This document shows positions 51,842 through 64,000 of a DNA stretch of 64,000 bases, piece by piece. Source of the DNA: Gracilinanus agilis (Eukaryota); assembly GCF_016433145.1 (NCBI RefSeq), contig NC_058130.1:134144972-134208971 (forward strand). The letters run 5' to 3'. How positions within the stretch are numbered: position 1 is the stretch's first letter; every line of letters starts with the position of its first letter. The notes below the pieces were generated by a model. It had not been told where the DNA came from. It did no database searches and was given only the letters and a program-made list of their open reading frames with translations. The position numbers and the translations under genes were made by a program.

Positions 51842-53229
51842 TAAATTTAGTAATTTATCTTTAGTGATCTAAAGTTATAGTTGATAAAGCCAAAGAAAGG
51901 AAGACCTTTAATAAATAAATGTATATATGTGTGTTTGTGTATATATCCTACAGTGTCCTTTATTTTTGTCATTTCACTGTTCTGTATAAGACTGCTTGAT
52001 TTTTAACTAATAAAATCTATTAAACACAATGATTGAAATGCATGAAAGATTTAATTAAATAAGAAATTTTGGTCAAATTATTAAAAAAAACATATTGAGA
52101 CCAAGCTGACCTGATTTCCTAATTCCCTAAGTACAAAATAACTAGAAGGAACTTCAGGTATTCTCTGATACCTGGCTAGTAGAAAATGATGACAACTCAG
52201 GTGAGAGCTTTACTCAGTGGAGTCAACTAGAAATGTCCTCAATGCATAATTTTATTGAATATGATCTAACTATGGAAAGAAAAGGATCAGACACCAACTA
52301 TGTGCCAGGCACTGTGATAAGTGCTTTTTACAAATATTATCTCAGGTGAATCTCACAACAAACCTGAGAGATAAGTGCCAGTATCTTCATTTTATAGGAA
52401 CAAGTAAATTGAGGAAGCCAGAAGCCAAGTGACTTGTGCAGTCATAAAGTCAGTAAATGTCAGAGATTATATTTGAACTCAGATCTTTAGTCTAGATACA
52501 GTTTTCTATCAACTGACAATTGTTGAATGAGTCTTTTTTTCCTTGTCTCCACAGCACTTTGATTAGCACACGGTAGGTGCTTGTCTCATTTTGTTTCAAT
52601 ATTGAATCTGAATTAGATTCTGACCTGACTCCAGCCCAGTCCAGAACACTCCTTTTCACATATATTCTGCTTCAATCATGTTAGATTACTAGTTATCCCT
52701 CCAAAATGCCATTTCATCTCTATTCCTGCAATTTGCTTCCTCTTCATCTGCATGTCTCAGAATCTTTAATGCCCTCTGGTGAGGAGTGCACTTAAACAGG
52801 CTAGAGATGGGATGAAAAACAGTTCCCATACACTATGCCTTCTGCCCATGTGCTCTGTGCTCCCTAATCCTATGTAGATCGTTGACGGTGGCATTACACA
52901 AAATAGGTACTTGGTTCAACAGTGCAACAAAAACAATATTAAATACCTACTGAGTGCAACACATTATGCTGAGTGCTGTGATTGCAAATATTCATTCTAA
53001 CAACTATGCATTAAGCTCCTACAATGTGCAAGGGACTGTGCCAGTACCTACAGAAAATTTTGCTCAGGCCCTTCAGCAGGCTTGCAATATGGAAGCTTTT
53101 GTTTTTTTTAAGGGAGACCAATTATAACAAGTGTATACATGCATAAATCTTAGTTGGATGAACCAGGCCGTTCCTGAGAGCCCAGCACCCAGAAGGTCGG
53201 ATCTTTTTTAAAGGAGAAATAGGATGCCT

Positions 53230-53830
53230 GCCCCCTTTTAACCCACCCCGGAGCTCAAGGGACTATGGAGGTGGGAGGGGCCCTGACTCATCCCTGCAGC
53301 ACACATTCGAGCCACAAGGGGGCAACCACCGCCTGCCAGGCCAGGGAGTGGCGCAAGAACGTGAAGCGCAGGCGCACAGTCCAGGGGAGTCGAGGAGAGG
53401 AGCGGCCGCCCGGACCAAGCGGCTGCAGCCGCCACCGTCGCCGTCGTCATGGCGCATGCTCAGCTGAATTTACAGTCGAGCCGGTGGGGCGGGGGTTTTT
53501 AAGGGTCGAGAGCCACCTTAGTCCATGCACCGGCCCGGGTCCGTGGAGTCGTGCTGGCTCCCTAAACCTTCCCCCCTTGCCCCTACGATTCTCAGCCTGC
53601 CTCCCGAGCCCCCTGCCACAGGGACCCAGACACCGTACCTCAATCACACAGGGATCCCCACTCCACCGGGGCTCAGGACGGCTGGGAGAGTCGGAGCGAA
53701 TCGATGGAGTAGCGAACCTGAGCATAGAATCATCGATAGGATTCTTTTAGCTCTTGGGCGAAACCATGGAAAAGGAGGGGTAGGGAAGCTGGATGAAACC
53801 ATAGTTCGGCAGGGGAGAGGGGGACGTTGA
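53230..53830. promoter_or_regulatory. Orphan CpG-island promoter; candidate distal non-coding exon 1 of MLST8
   Basis: Isolated CpG-dense block with NRF1-like GCGCAGGCGCA (53366) and GCGCATGC (53452), GC box (53486), and minus-strand donor-like sites at 53638 and 53246. No credible CDS. Confidence 0.6.
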
Positions 53831-54329
53831 TCCTTTTAGAAAGGAACCCTTGGGGGTTTTCCTTTCTGCATTCATTTGCATATTGTAGGGGCGGGCAATC
53901 ATTCAGCCCCTCTGGCCCAATCTAATTTCTTTTTCTCAGTCCTCTACCTTCTCGACGTTTCGGTTGTATTTGACAGAGTTGGACTAGCCACTCGGAGTTT
54001 GTGGTGCTGCTTGCTCTCGGTTTTCCTCCCATATGAGGGAGGACACCCCCCAACCCCCAACCCCGGCAGCGTGCCGCGAAAAATAGGCATCCTTAGGGAT
54101 TCTGAGACCGAAGACCTGGATTTTCCCCTGCCTTGTTACTTACTAGCATGTGACCTTGGATGGTCTGACCACATTCACTACAAATTTTTATCTCCTCTCA
54201 ACTGGGCTCTCATTTAAGCAAGGCAATGCTTTTGCTTCTTCCTAATTGATTTTACCACTCCCGCACCACGTCCGATTCAGACCTGTTTTCTCCCTCCTCC
54301 CGCAGCAGTCCTTCCCTTACCCACTCCCA

Positions 54330-54944
54330 CCCCAGCCAAGGACCTGGCATCATACTTGAACGGGAAAATTGAGGCAATTTGCCATGAGCTCCCTCTTCTC
54401 CCGTTCTCTACGTCTCACAGACCCTTAAGATAATCTCTTCTTACTTCTCTCTTCTTTTTTGCCAGTCTCAGATGAAGGTCAACTCCCATACGTGTACCCT
54501 TGATTCTCATCATAGTGCCTTCACCATCATTCTTTCTAATTCTCTTCCAGCTAACTGGCTCATTTATTCAAGGAGCACTTATTAAATGCTCACTAAGTAT
54601 CAGGCAAGGTAACAGTTTCCATGTTTAATTGTTAAGTATGATGACTTTTTTTCTTAATTTTTTTTTTATCCTTCTTGACCTTTCTGCAACTTTTGATACC
54701 CATTGAACATCTCCTTCAGTATATTCTTGCCTTCCCCTGGTTTTGTGATGCTTCTCTCCTGATTCTCCTGCCTGTCTAAAATATTACTCGGTACCCTTTG
54801 CTGGCTCACCATCCATCTTCTGCCCCATAACCCTGAGTGTTTCCCACGGCTCTGTCCTAGTCCTTCTCTTTTCTCTGTAACTCCTCTTTTGGTGGTCTCA
54901 TCAGCTCCCAATCTTTAAATGTATTATATGTGTACATGTGTATG

Positions 54945-55000
<56 letters not shown>

Positions 55001-55620
55001 CACAAATATATGTGTGTACATATGTACGTATTTTCAGTCTCTGTCTTTAAAATGTGAGTTCCTCGAGACTAGGGACCATGTTTTTTATTTTCTTGGTGGC
55101 TTCTGCTTAGCAGAGTGACCATTACATAGCAATTGCTTGTTGACTATTGACTAATATCTTTTCTGAGTTTCAAGCTACCTTACCACCTAACTGTCTTCTG
55201 AGCCTCTTCACTCTGATGTCTCCTTCCTCCATCTCAGATTCAACATGTCCAAAATAGAACTCTTATGTTTTCTCATTCCCATCCTCAAAACTACCCTTGC
55301 TACAAACTTCCTATTTCTATTAAGAGAACCAGCATTCAGTTGTAATTCACCCTCCCTGAAAAAATCAGTTGCTGAATGTCTTAGTTTCTCTCTTCCCTAC
55401 AAAGTTTCCATCCTCTCACCTGGCCATCTCTCTAGTTCAGACCCTCCTCACTTCTTTCTGGGATCACAGCAGTAGTTTCCCAATAGACCCTATTTTGGGT
55501 CTCTTCTCTGCAGGCTATTCTCCACATATAGCTGTCAAGAAAATTTTCCTAATGCCTGACCATGGCATTTCCTTCTTCAAGAATTCCCAAGTAGTTACCT
55601 ATTTTCCCTAGTATAAAATA
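54330..55620 (+). mobile_element. L2 LINE remnant
   Basis: Pyrimidine-rich L2 motifs (GACCTTTCTGCAACTTTTGATAC, CTCAACATGTCCAAAATAGAACT-like). Confidence 0.7.
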
Positions 55621-55676
55621 CAAATTCCTTAACCTGGAATTTAAAGCTCTCCCCAACCTGGCTCCAAAATGACTGT

Positions 55677-55901
55677 TGTAAGATTAAAATTAATATCCAA
55701 TAACTCCAAGTATTATATTTTATAAGATTTATTAATAATCACTTGAAATAGAGGAAATAGAAAGAATCTGAGTAAAGAGCAGTTTCTCCCTCTTCATATC
55801 TGGAGAAGAGAGAATGAGAGGGTGGGATTACAGAAACTTTATCTCCAAAATGTAAGGACAAAAGTAGGGTTCTGGGAAATGGAGTCCTAATTTTAATTAC
55901 A
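55677..55901 (-). mobile_element. Short solo LTR inserted in an L2
   Basis: TGTAAGATTAAAA...TTTAATTACA termini; GACTGT/TACTGT flanks; U5 similar to the 46.2 kb LTR. Confidence 0.7.
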
Positions 55902-57129
55902 TACTGTTCAGCATTATTTCACCTTACAGTTGTGTGTTCTACACCTCAACCAAATGGGCCTATATATTCCATCTTTCACATCTGGGCCTTTGCCCAGATT
56001 ATCTCCCCATAACTGGAATCTAGTTCTTTGGACTCCCAACCTCTTAGAGTTTTTAGTTTCCTAAAAGGCTCACCTCATAGGTTATTTCCTATAGGAAGCC
56101 TTTCTTGGTCACCTTCCTCATTACTACTTCCTCTTTCCTCAAATTATTTTGTGTTTCATATCCCCTCAGTAGCTTATAAACCCCCTTAAGGGCAGGTATT
56201 GTTTTATCTTTTTTTCATATAACTAAAGATAATTCTAATTTCTCCATCTGAGAATTGCTTGTAAACATCTTTTGACCACTTGTCAACTGGAGAATATTTT
56301 TTATTCTCATAAATTTGACTCAGTTCTTATATATATAAGAAACAAAGTCTTCGTCAGAGATACTTGCTATAAGGTCTTTTTTCCATTTTGTTGTTTTTCT
56401 TCTAATCATGGTTGCACTGGTTTTGTTCATGTAAAACCTTTTAAATTTAATGTAGTCAGTTATCCATTTTACATCTCATAATGTTCTCCATGTCATTAGA
56501 CTTTGAAAATGAAACAGGGGCAACTAGATGGCACAGCGGATAGAGTGTCAGGCCTAGAGATGGGAGGTCCTGGGTTCAAATCTGAACTCAGACACTTCCT
56601 AGCTATGTGACGCTGGGCAAGTCACTTAAGCCCAAATGCCTAGTCCTTGCCCTTCTGTCTTAGAATTATTATTAGGATAGNNNNNNNNNNNNNNNNNNNN
56701 NNNNNNNNNNNNNNNNNNNNNNNNNNNNNNNNNNNNNNNNNNNNNNNNNNNNNNNNNNNNNNNNNNNNNNNNNNNNNNNNNNNNNNNNNNNNNNNNNNNN
56801 NNNNNNNNNNNNNNNNNNNNNNNNNNNNNNNNNNNTGAGAGACCCTTAGAAAAGAGAAAAGAGCTAACCAGATATGGAGAGGACAGTACCATATCCAGAG
56901 ATAGGAAGGCACCCTGGAAAGAATTAGCTTTGGAGTCAAAGAATCTGTATTCAATTCCTATCTCTCTTAGCTCTGTGCAATTTTGGATAAATCACTTAAT
57001 CTTCCTAGGTCTCTGTTTTTCTCATCTGTATAATGAGAGGGACAGAGAGAGTTGAACTAGATGGTCCCTGAAGTCCCTTCTAGCTCCAGAGAACTATAAT
57101 CCTTTGATACTAAGCATAGATATGCATTA

Positions 57130-57560
57130 CGATATTCAAGCTCTGAAAGGAAGAACCAGACATCTACCCTTGAGGGAACAGATAGCCATGCAGGTCCTGG
57201 CCTGACCAGGACAGGTAGATATTCAAACCCTGAAAGGAACAAAAATCCAGGATCATAGCGGACTGATCAACATCCAGGCTTTTTAGTTATATAGATATCT
57301 AAGTCATGAAATGAGGACAGAGACATCCAGATCCTGACAGGGACAGATGGGCACCCAAATGGAACTATTTACACCCTGAGGAGATAGACTGACATCTAAA
57401 GTCTGAGGGGACAGATGGAAATCCAGGCCCTAATAAAGATAGCAGCTTTAGGAGGCAGATAAACATCTATCCCCTGAGCATAAAACCATACATCCAGACC
57501 TTGAGGAGAGGAGACACCGGTATAGACAGGTATCTGGGCTCTTATTGGACTCTATAGACA
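57130..57560. repeat. Degenerate minisatellite, unit about 26 bp
   Basis: Recurrent GGACAGATRGACATCCAGACCCTGAG-like units. Confidence 0.55.
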
Positions 57561-58325
57561 GATGACTCTTAAAGAACAGGTGGGCTTCAACAGAATGGCA
57601 TGGCCTGTAATGGGCCTAGGGGAATGGAGGGCAGGGTGATGTGGTGGAAAGTACAAAAATGTATATTGGATTCAAAATGAATAGACTTACATTCTAGTCA
57701 TGTCTCTCTCACTTACCACCTGTGAAACCTAGGGCAAAGTACTTCTCTGAGCCTCCATTTTTCTAGTTCTAGGCTAATGATCTTATTATTGATAGACTTT
57801 ACGTTTGGGATGTTTATGAGGTAGTGGGATATCCAGGTGCAATGGAAAGATAGATTTCTTTAGTTTTACCTCAGAAGGTAAAGCTGAATCACTGACCACT
57901 AGGAAGCTCTATTTGGGATATTAAAGCAAGTTAAGAAGACAGCAGAAGTTACAGACAGAGAAAGAAACAGGAGAGTTAGGCAGAGAACAAGAGTGATCAC
58001 AAGAAGCCGGGGCCCTACAACATAGATGGTTTCTAGCTCTAACCCTACTTTATTCTTAGGAACTAGACAGAGAGTGTTGAGTTGTAGCAGTTTGTCCTAC
58101 TCCCCTCTGGGAAACCCAGACCTGGCAGTGAGAATGCAGGTTGGGTGATTGGAGCAACCTGTAATGAGGTTTCATTCCAAGCACAGGCTTTACATCATTT
58201 TTATCTTATTCCTCCAATCTCTTTGACTATTCCTTTGTCTTCTTTAAGGGTATCTCTGGCTCCTCTATTATATTGAAAAAAAAGAAATTTTACCTTAAAC
58301 TCTTTTCTGGACTCTCTCTCTGTAT

Positions 58326-58443
58326 ATATACACATATAAAGATGTACATATAATTAAAAATAAGTAGAGATAAGATATCTCTACTTATTCTTATCTTATC
58401 TCTACTTATTTTTAATTATATGTACATCTTTATATGTGTATAT
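58326..58443. repeat. Perfect 52-bp inverted repeat with a 14-nt spacer
   Basis: 58326-58377 is the exact reverse complement of 58392-58443 (checked base by base). Confidence 0.95.
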
Positions 58444-59919
58444 GTATATATATTCTATCTGTGTCTCTGTGTCTCTTTCTCTCTATATATACATATAGGC
58501 CATGAAAGCCATGCAAACTCAGAGGAAAGACCCTCAATGATGTGTCTCAAGCTCCACACAGTGAGAAATAATGCCTAACCTCATCACTGCCTGTTTCAGT
58601 GATCAGAACCCCATACCGACTCTAGGGTATTGACCCCTTAAACTGGCTTTTTTGGGGAATCTCAAAGCAATACAGCTAGAAGGATGGCCTGAGAAAGACT
58701 GGCTCAGCCACTGACCCTTCACCTCTGCATAAACAGACTGAAACAGGCAAGTCCAGAGCCTGACCCTCAGTGTCAGAGCCTGTAAAGCAAAAGTCCCTGG
58801 AGGTCCTTTGGTAAAACTGTCCTGTGAGTGCAGCAAGGCTTTGGAGAAAAGAACTCAGCCTTCCATGTTGAATGCCACCCCAGAGTATTCTAACAGCCTC
58901 TATCAGAGTGGAATGCTCCTGTCTTTGAACTCAAGTCTTCCAGTCATTTTATGAACTGTGACCACACAAATAAAGTCTTCAGTAAATAGAAAAAAAAATG
59001 TACATTGTAGTCACAGTTCATAAAATGACTAGAAATGTGTGTGTGTGTGTAGAGAGAGAGCACTTCAGCTCATAAATTCCTCAATTTGTTTAGATGAGCT
59101 TGCTTGGGTTGCCAGCAGGCAGTGCCTGTTGAGCATGCTCCCAGAATTAAGCTCTCATTGGCTAGTCCACGATATGAGGAATAGATGAAGACATGGGCAG
59201 GCTCAGTAGTCATTGCCTATATTTTTCTGCATCAGTCCCCAATCACTCCTACCTCATTCATGTGGCCAGGACATCTGATGAGCAGTGATGCACCCTGAAT
59301 ATGACTGGAATTTCCATGCTGATGCCCCTATAGCTATAACTCAGTTGACTAACCGCCAGTCATATGGGACTAGCCTTTGCAACCAGCTGAACAGGGTCGC
59401 TGGATGCTCAACAACATGCTGCCTCCCTTTACCTCTCTCTGGTATCTTCCGATTCATATTTGACTCAGTTGTCAAACTGACCTTCCTAATGCACAAATCT
59501 GATTGCATGGCTTTCCCCACTCCCTGGCCCCAATCAATCCAATTCAGTGTCTCCCCATCACCTCTAGGATCAAATACAAAATTCCACTTGTCTTTTGGAT
59601 TTCTTCATGATTTAGCCGCCTCCTACCTTCCTATCGTCCACTCCGCTGGTATTTTCTCTGGCTGCCTGCCGTGCCTGAAATACTCTCCCTCCCCATCTCA
59701 GGCTACTGGCTTCTCTGGCATCCTTTAGGTTCCAGCTAAAATACCAGATTCTGCAAGAAGCCTTTCCCAACCCCTCTTAATTCTAGTGCTTTCCCTCTCT
59801 TAATTATTTCCTATTAAAAAGAATTATTTCCTATTTATCCTATGTAGGGCTTGTTTGTAAATATTTATTTGTTGTTCCCTCCCAGTAGATCATGAACTCC
59901 TTAAGGGCAGGGATTAATT

Positions 59920-60900
59920 TTTCAGTATTTTTTCTCTGTCTCCTTTACCAAGCTATTGACTCTTTTTTCATGGTTTTCCTGTATCACTCTCATTTTTTCC
60001 CCATAATTTTTCTTCTACCTCTCTTATTTGATTTTTAAAATCTTTTTTGAATTCATTCATTAATTCATTTGAGGGTTGGGAGCAATTCATATTTTCCTCA
60101 GAGGCTTTGGATGCAAGAATATTGACTTTGTCATCTTTTTCTGAGCTCATATTTTGGTCTTCCCTGTCACCAAAATAATTTTCTATGTTTTCTTTTTTTG
60201 TTGTTTGTTCATTCTCTAGTCTTTTTATTTTCTTTTAGTTTAAAAAACTGATGAAGTTGGGCTCTGTAACATGGTCAAGGGAGCACTATTCCAACCTTCA
60301 GGTTCTTTGAGCAGCCGCTTTCAGAGCTGGCTCCGGAAATCTATCTGCTTTTAGTTCTTCCAAGATGGTAAAGAGAGGTGTATTTAATACTCTCCCAGCC
60401 TGTGAGTAACCCTAAACACTCTTTTACCTCTTGGAACTATGACCAGGGCCTCTTTCTCCCCTGTGGCTGAAAATGTTGGTTTATGCTGGTGCTCCTCCTC
60501 ACCTTGAAACTGCATCCCAGTACTACTGGTTCTACTTATGAGCAATGTGACAAGATTCTTGCACTGAGAGCCTCCAAAGGGACCCTTATAATCTCCATCT
60601 GAGCGCTTGTCCAATGCACCCTGACTCCTCTCCTTACCATCTGTACTTGAGAACCCAGGAAGTCTTTGATGCTGTTTCAGCTGGGCCCAGGACCCATTGC
60701 TCTGGTGTGCTGCTTTGTGTTCCACCTTTATTCTGGTGTGCTAGATCTCTCATGCTGGCCTTCTAAGTTGTTTTGGGCTGAAAAATTACTTCACCCTGTA
60801 TTTTTGTGGGTCATGCTGTCCAGAATTCATTCTGAGGTGTTATAGTTTTTTGGAGAGTAATTTGGTAAAGATTAGATGGGTCTGTGTACCTCCTCTGCCA
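59920..60900 (-). mobile_element. L1 5' UTR and ORF1 N-terminus
   Basis: Minus ORF MSSEKDDKVNILASKASEENMNCSQPSNELMNEFKKDFKNQIREVEEKL resembles marsupial L1 ORF1p. Confidence 0.8.
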
Positions 60901-62399
60901 CCTTGGCACTCTGTAAAATTGTCAATGTTTTTCTTACCATTTACAAAAGACTTGCCTAAACCAATAGCCCAAAGCAAGGGTCTTCTTCCACCACTGAGCA
61001 TCAGTTCTCAAACAACCAAGTAACTATAATAGTCATCCACCCCAACATACAATTATAAAATGTTCCTTGGATTAGCTTGCCTAAATTGCTATCCATGGTC
61101 TCTGTTGAATAAACTATCATTGAATTTTTAAAAAATTATCATTGAAAAAAACCCATATGAATTAAAAATACGGAGCTTATAGTGTAAGACTACTATTATA
61201 CTGTTAACAGTTTTATCCGTAACAAGAATGAATCAAAGGAGATGCTGCTCAATTTGATAAATTCCCTAATCAGTTTCATGAGATTAAAGAGCATGAGCTT
61301 TTGTCCAGAAGTAGCTAAGGAGCACTTTCTTGTCCAAACCTGGGGCTGTTCTTCAAAGGATCATTTTCTCTTTTGGGCTCATTGCCCACCTGGAGCAACT
61401 CCAGGAAAATTTGCTAGTAAAATTATGGTATAGCTTGTGTGTAGGGTTTCTCCAAAAGTAGATAAAAAGAGTCCCTATCTCCCATTCAAGCATTTAAAGT
61501 ATAATATGGGTTTCAAGTATCAGGAAGCTTTTATTTCACCTTAAAGAAAACATAAAAGAAGCAAAAGACCCATGAGAGCCCATGAACAGATGTAGAAAAA
61601 GAGAGAGTATTAAATAGAGCACCATCTACCCCCCAAGAAGAGAACTGAATTTATGGGTGCTACCATGGCAATAGCTTGTCATTCCACCAGTGAGTAAATC
61701 AATAAGCATTTCTTATGCACTTATTATAAGCCAGGCACTATGCTAAGTGCTAGGGACAAAAAAGCAAAAAATGGTCTTGCTAAGGAACTCACATTCTAAT
61801 GAGGGTGACAACAACATGTAAGCAACTCTGGGCATATCCGATATATAAGGAGAAAGTGGAAAAGATACCTTTGACACATGAATTGGATAATAGATTGGAG
61901 CAGAGTGGGATAAAACTCGAGCCAGGGACACCAACAGTCCAGACAATAGAGATGAGAGCCTGGTAGAAGTGAAGGTGGTGAGTTTGTGAGTATGTATATG
62001 AGAGTTGTAAACATGATCTGGCAATAGTGAAAAGAAGTCAAGAATAATGACTCCAAGATTTTGAGTTTGAGTAATAGGGAGGATAGAAGTGTTCTTTTTT
62101 TCCTTTTTTTTTTAAAGGAAATTTATTTACTTATTTATTTTTAACCCTTACCTTTCACCTTAGAATAAATACTATGTATTGGTTCTAAGGCAGAAGAGTA
62201 GTAAGGGCTAGATAAAGGAGGTTAAGTGACTTGCCCAGGTCACACATAGTTAGGTAGTAGTGTTCTTGACAGTACAAGGAAAGTTTAGAAGAGGAGGGGA
62301 GGAATTGAAGAGAAAATTAACAAATTGTTTCAGAAATGTTAAGTTTGAGATGCTTGTAGGACATCCATTTTTTTAATTTTATTTATTTTTTTTGTTTGT

Positions 62400-62580
62400 T
62401 TTTAAACCCTTAACTTCTGTGTATTGGCTCCTTGGTGGAAGAGTGGTAAGGGTAGGCCATGGGGTTTAAGTGACTTGCCCAGGGTCACACAGCTGGGAAG
62501 TGTCTGAGGCCAGATTTGAACCCAGGACCTCCCGTCTCTAGGCCTGACTCTCAATCCACTGAGCTACCCAGCTGCCCCCT
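62400..62580 (-). mobile_element. SINE1_MD-type SINE
   Basis: Near-consensus copy with 18-bp TSD TGTAGGACATCCATTTTT. Confidence 0.9.
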
Positions 62581-64000
62581 GTAGGACATCCATTTTTGAG
62601 ATGTCCAAAAGACAGGTGGTGATGTGGGACTGGAGCTCATCTGAGAGATTAGAGATGGATATGTTGATCTGAAAATCAATCCCAACCTATGGGAGCTGAT
62701 GAGAATGAAGTGGGGTACTTTATAACATGAGTCCAGACATCTAGAAATTCAATAATTGGAACCATTATTTATTGATTAAAAAAAAGAAAATAAAAAGAAA
62801 TCTACCAGCTGGGACAGTCTTCCCTAATGGAAGCTGTATCAGAGTGACATTACAAGACAGCTTACAAAGGTCTACAAGGCTATACAGGTTCGTTTTTGTC
62901 AAGAAAACACTCATCACAAACACAGGTAGTGGCAAATAGATAATGCTCAGATCATCCAGGGGATATTTACTTTTCACATGTACCTAAACACTCATCCTTA
63001 GTTAACTATGTGTTTACCTTGCATTCCATCCTGACCTATTTGTTTGTACTTAATTACTCCTCCAAAGTTAGCTATGTCCCTTTGTTGTCCATTGGGGAAT
63101 TTGGACTCTGATCCACCATTTGCCTAGATTGCTTGGCCTCCTGGAGGGATTGGGTCAGGAATGGATTAATCTACTTCAATTCTACTTCATTCTCTAACCT
63201 ATTTCATTTATTCAGACTACTTCAAGACCACCAAGTGAGATACCTTAGAGAAAAAAGAGGAGAGGGCCTAGGACAGAACTTTGGGGGACACCCATAGGGA
63301 GTACGACCTGGATGTAGAGCCATCAGAAGAAGCTGAGCCGTGGTCAGACAGATACAACGAGATCCCACAGAAAGTAATGTCATGAAAATTTAGTGAGGAG
63401 AGAGTATTCAGGAGGGGGAAGTGATCAAATGCTACAGAGAAGTCAAGAAGGATAAGGACTGAGAAAAGGCCATTAGATTTGGTAATTAAGAGATCAAGGT
63501 AACTTTTGGAGAGATCTGTTTCAGTTGAATGATGAAGTTAAGTCACATGGCAGATGGAATAGAAAAAAGTAAGAAGAAATGTTGAGACGCTAACTATAGA
63601 AGCCTTTCTTCTAAAATTATGTTAGCTATGTTATTGCTGAATTGCTCCATTTTTTTTTTAGAGTTTCCAATATTTAGCCCAGTGCTTTGTGCTTAAGAGT
63701 AAGGATAGGGACCAGAGCTGGATTTGTAAATGTATTGATAGAGGGAACTCCTCTGTTAAGAAATTTCCTTTGCCCATTGCAGGTTGGCACCTTCTCTGAA
63801 ATCGACAGTCTTAGCATTGAGGAGTCAAATACCTTGCCCAAGGTCATAGCCAGTATGTATTAGAAGTAATACTTGAATTCAGGTCTTCTTGAGTCTTAAG
63901 CCAGCTGTCTATTATGGTCCCTTTCCTCAAGGACCTTTCAAAAGGATTTGAGGGGGCAGCTAGGCAGCTCGGGGGAATAGAAAGCCAGGCCTGGAGATGA

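Noticed and set aside
53238-53830. ORFs of 64-161 aa in the CpG island
   Set aside because: No homology recognised; expected by chance in GC-rich DNA.

Overview
Marsupial genomic window, most likely opossum (Monodelphis), inferred from abundant SINE1_MD-type, MAR1-type and marsupial L1 repeats. It is syntenic with human 16p13.3. It holds three complete protein-coding genes whose exons I traced by hand: PGP (+, 2 exons, 322 aa), BRICD5 (+, 6 exons, 227 aa) and MLST8 (-, 8 coding exons, 326 aa, one U12-type intron). The first 21 kb is a nested retroelement pile. It contains an L1 ORF1 remnant, several solo LTRs with 4-bp TSDs, a + strand ERV 5' fragment with a tRNA-Thr-like PBS, and a - strand class I ERV (LTR-gag-pro-RT-RNaseH-partial IN). 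The Gag of that ERV is atypical, with a hydrophobic N-terminus and about 500 extra codons after the zinc knuckle. Three decayed processed pseudogenes (YBX3, VDAC2, DENR) are recognisable by manual translation. From 38 to 64 kb the sequence is mostly L1/L2/SINE/LTR, with an orphan CpG island at about 53.3 kb (candidate distal MLST8 exon 1), a perfect 52-bp inverted repeat and a degenerate minisatellite. Family names and orthologue comparisons are from memory, no searches were run, and repeat boundaries are approximate unless TSDs are given.
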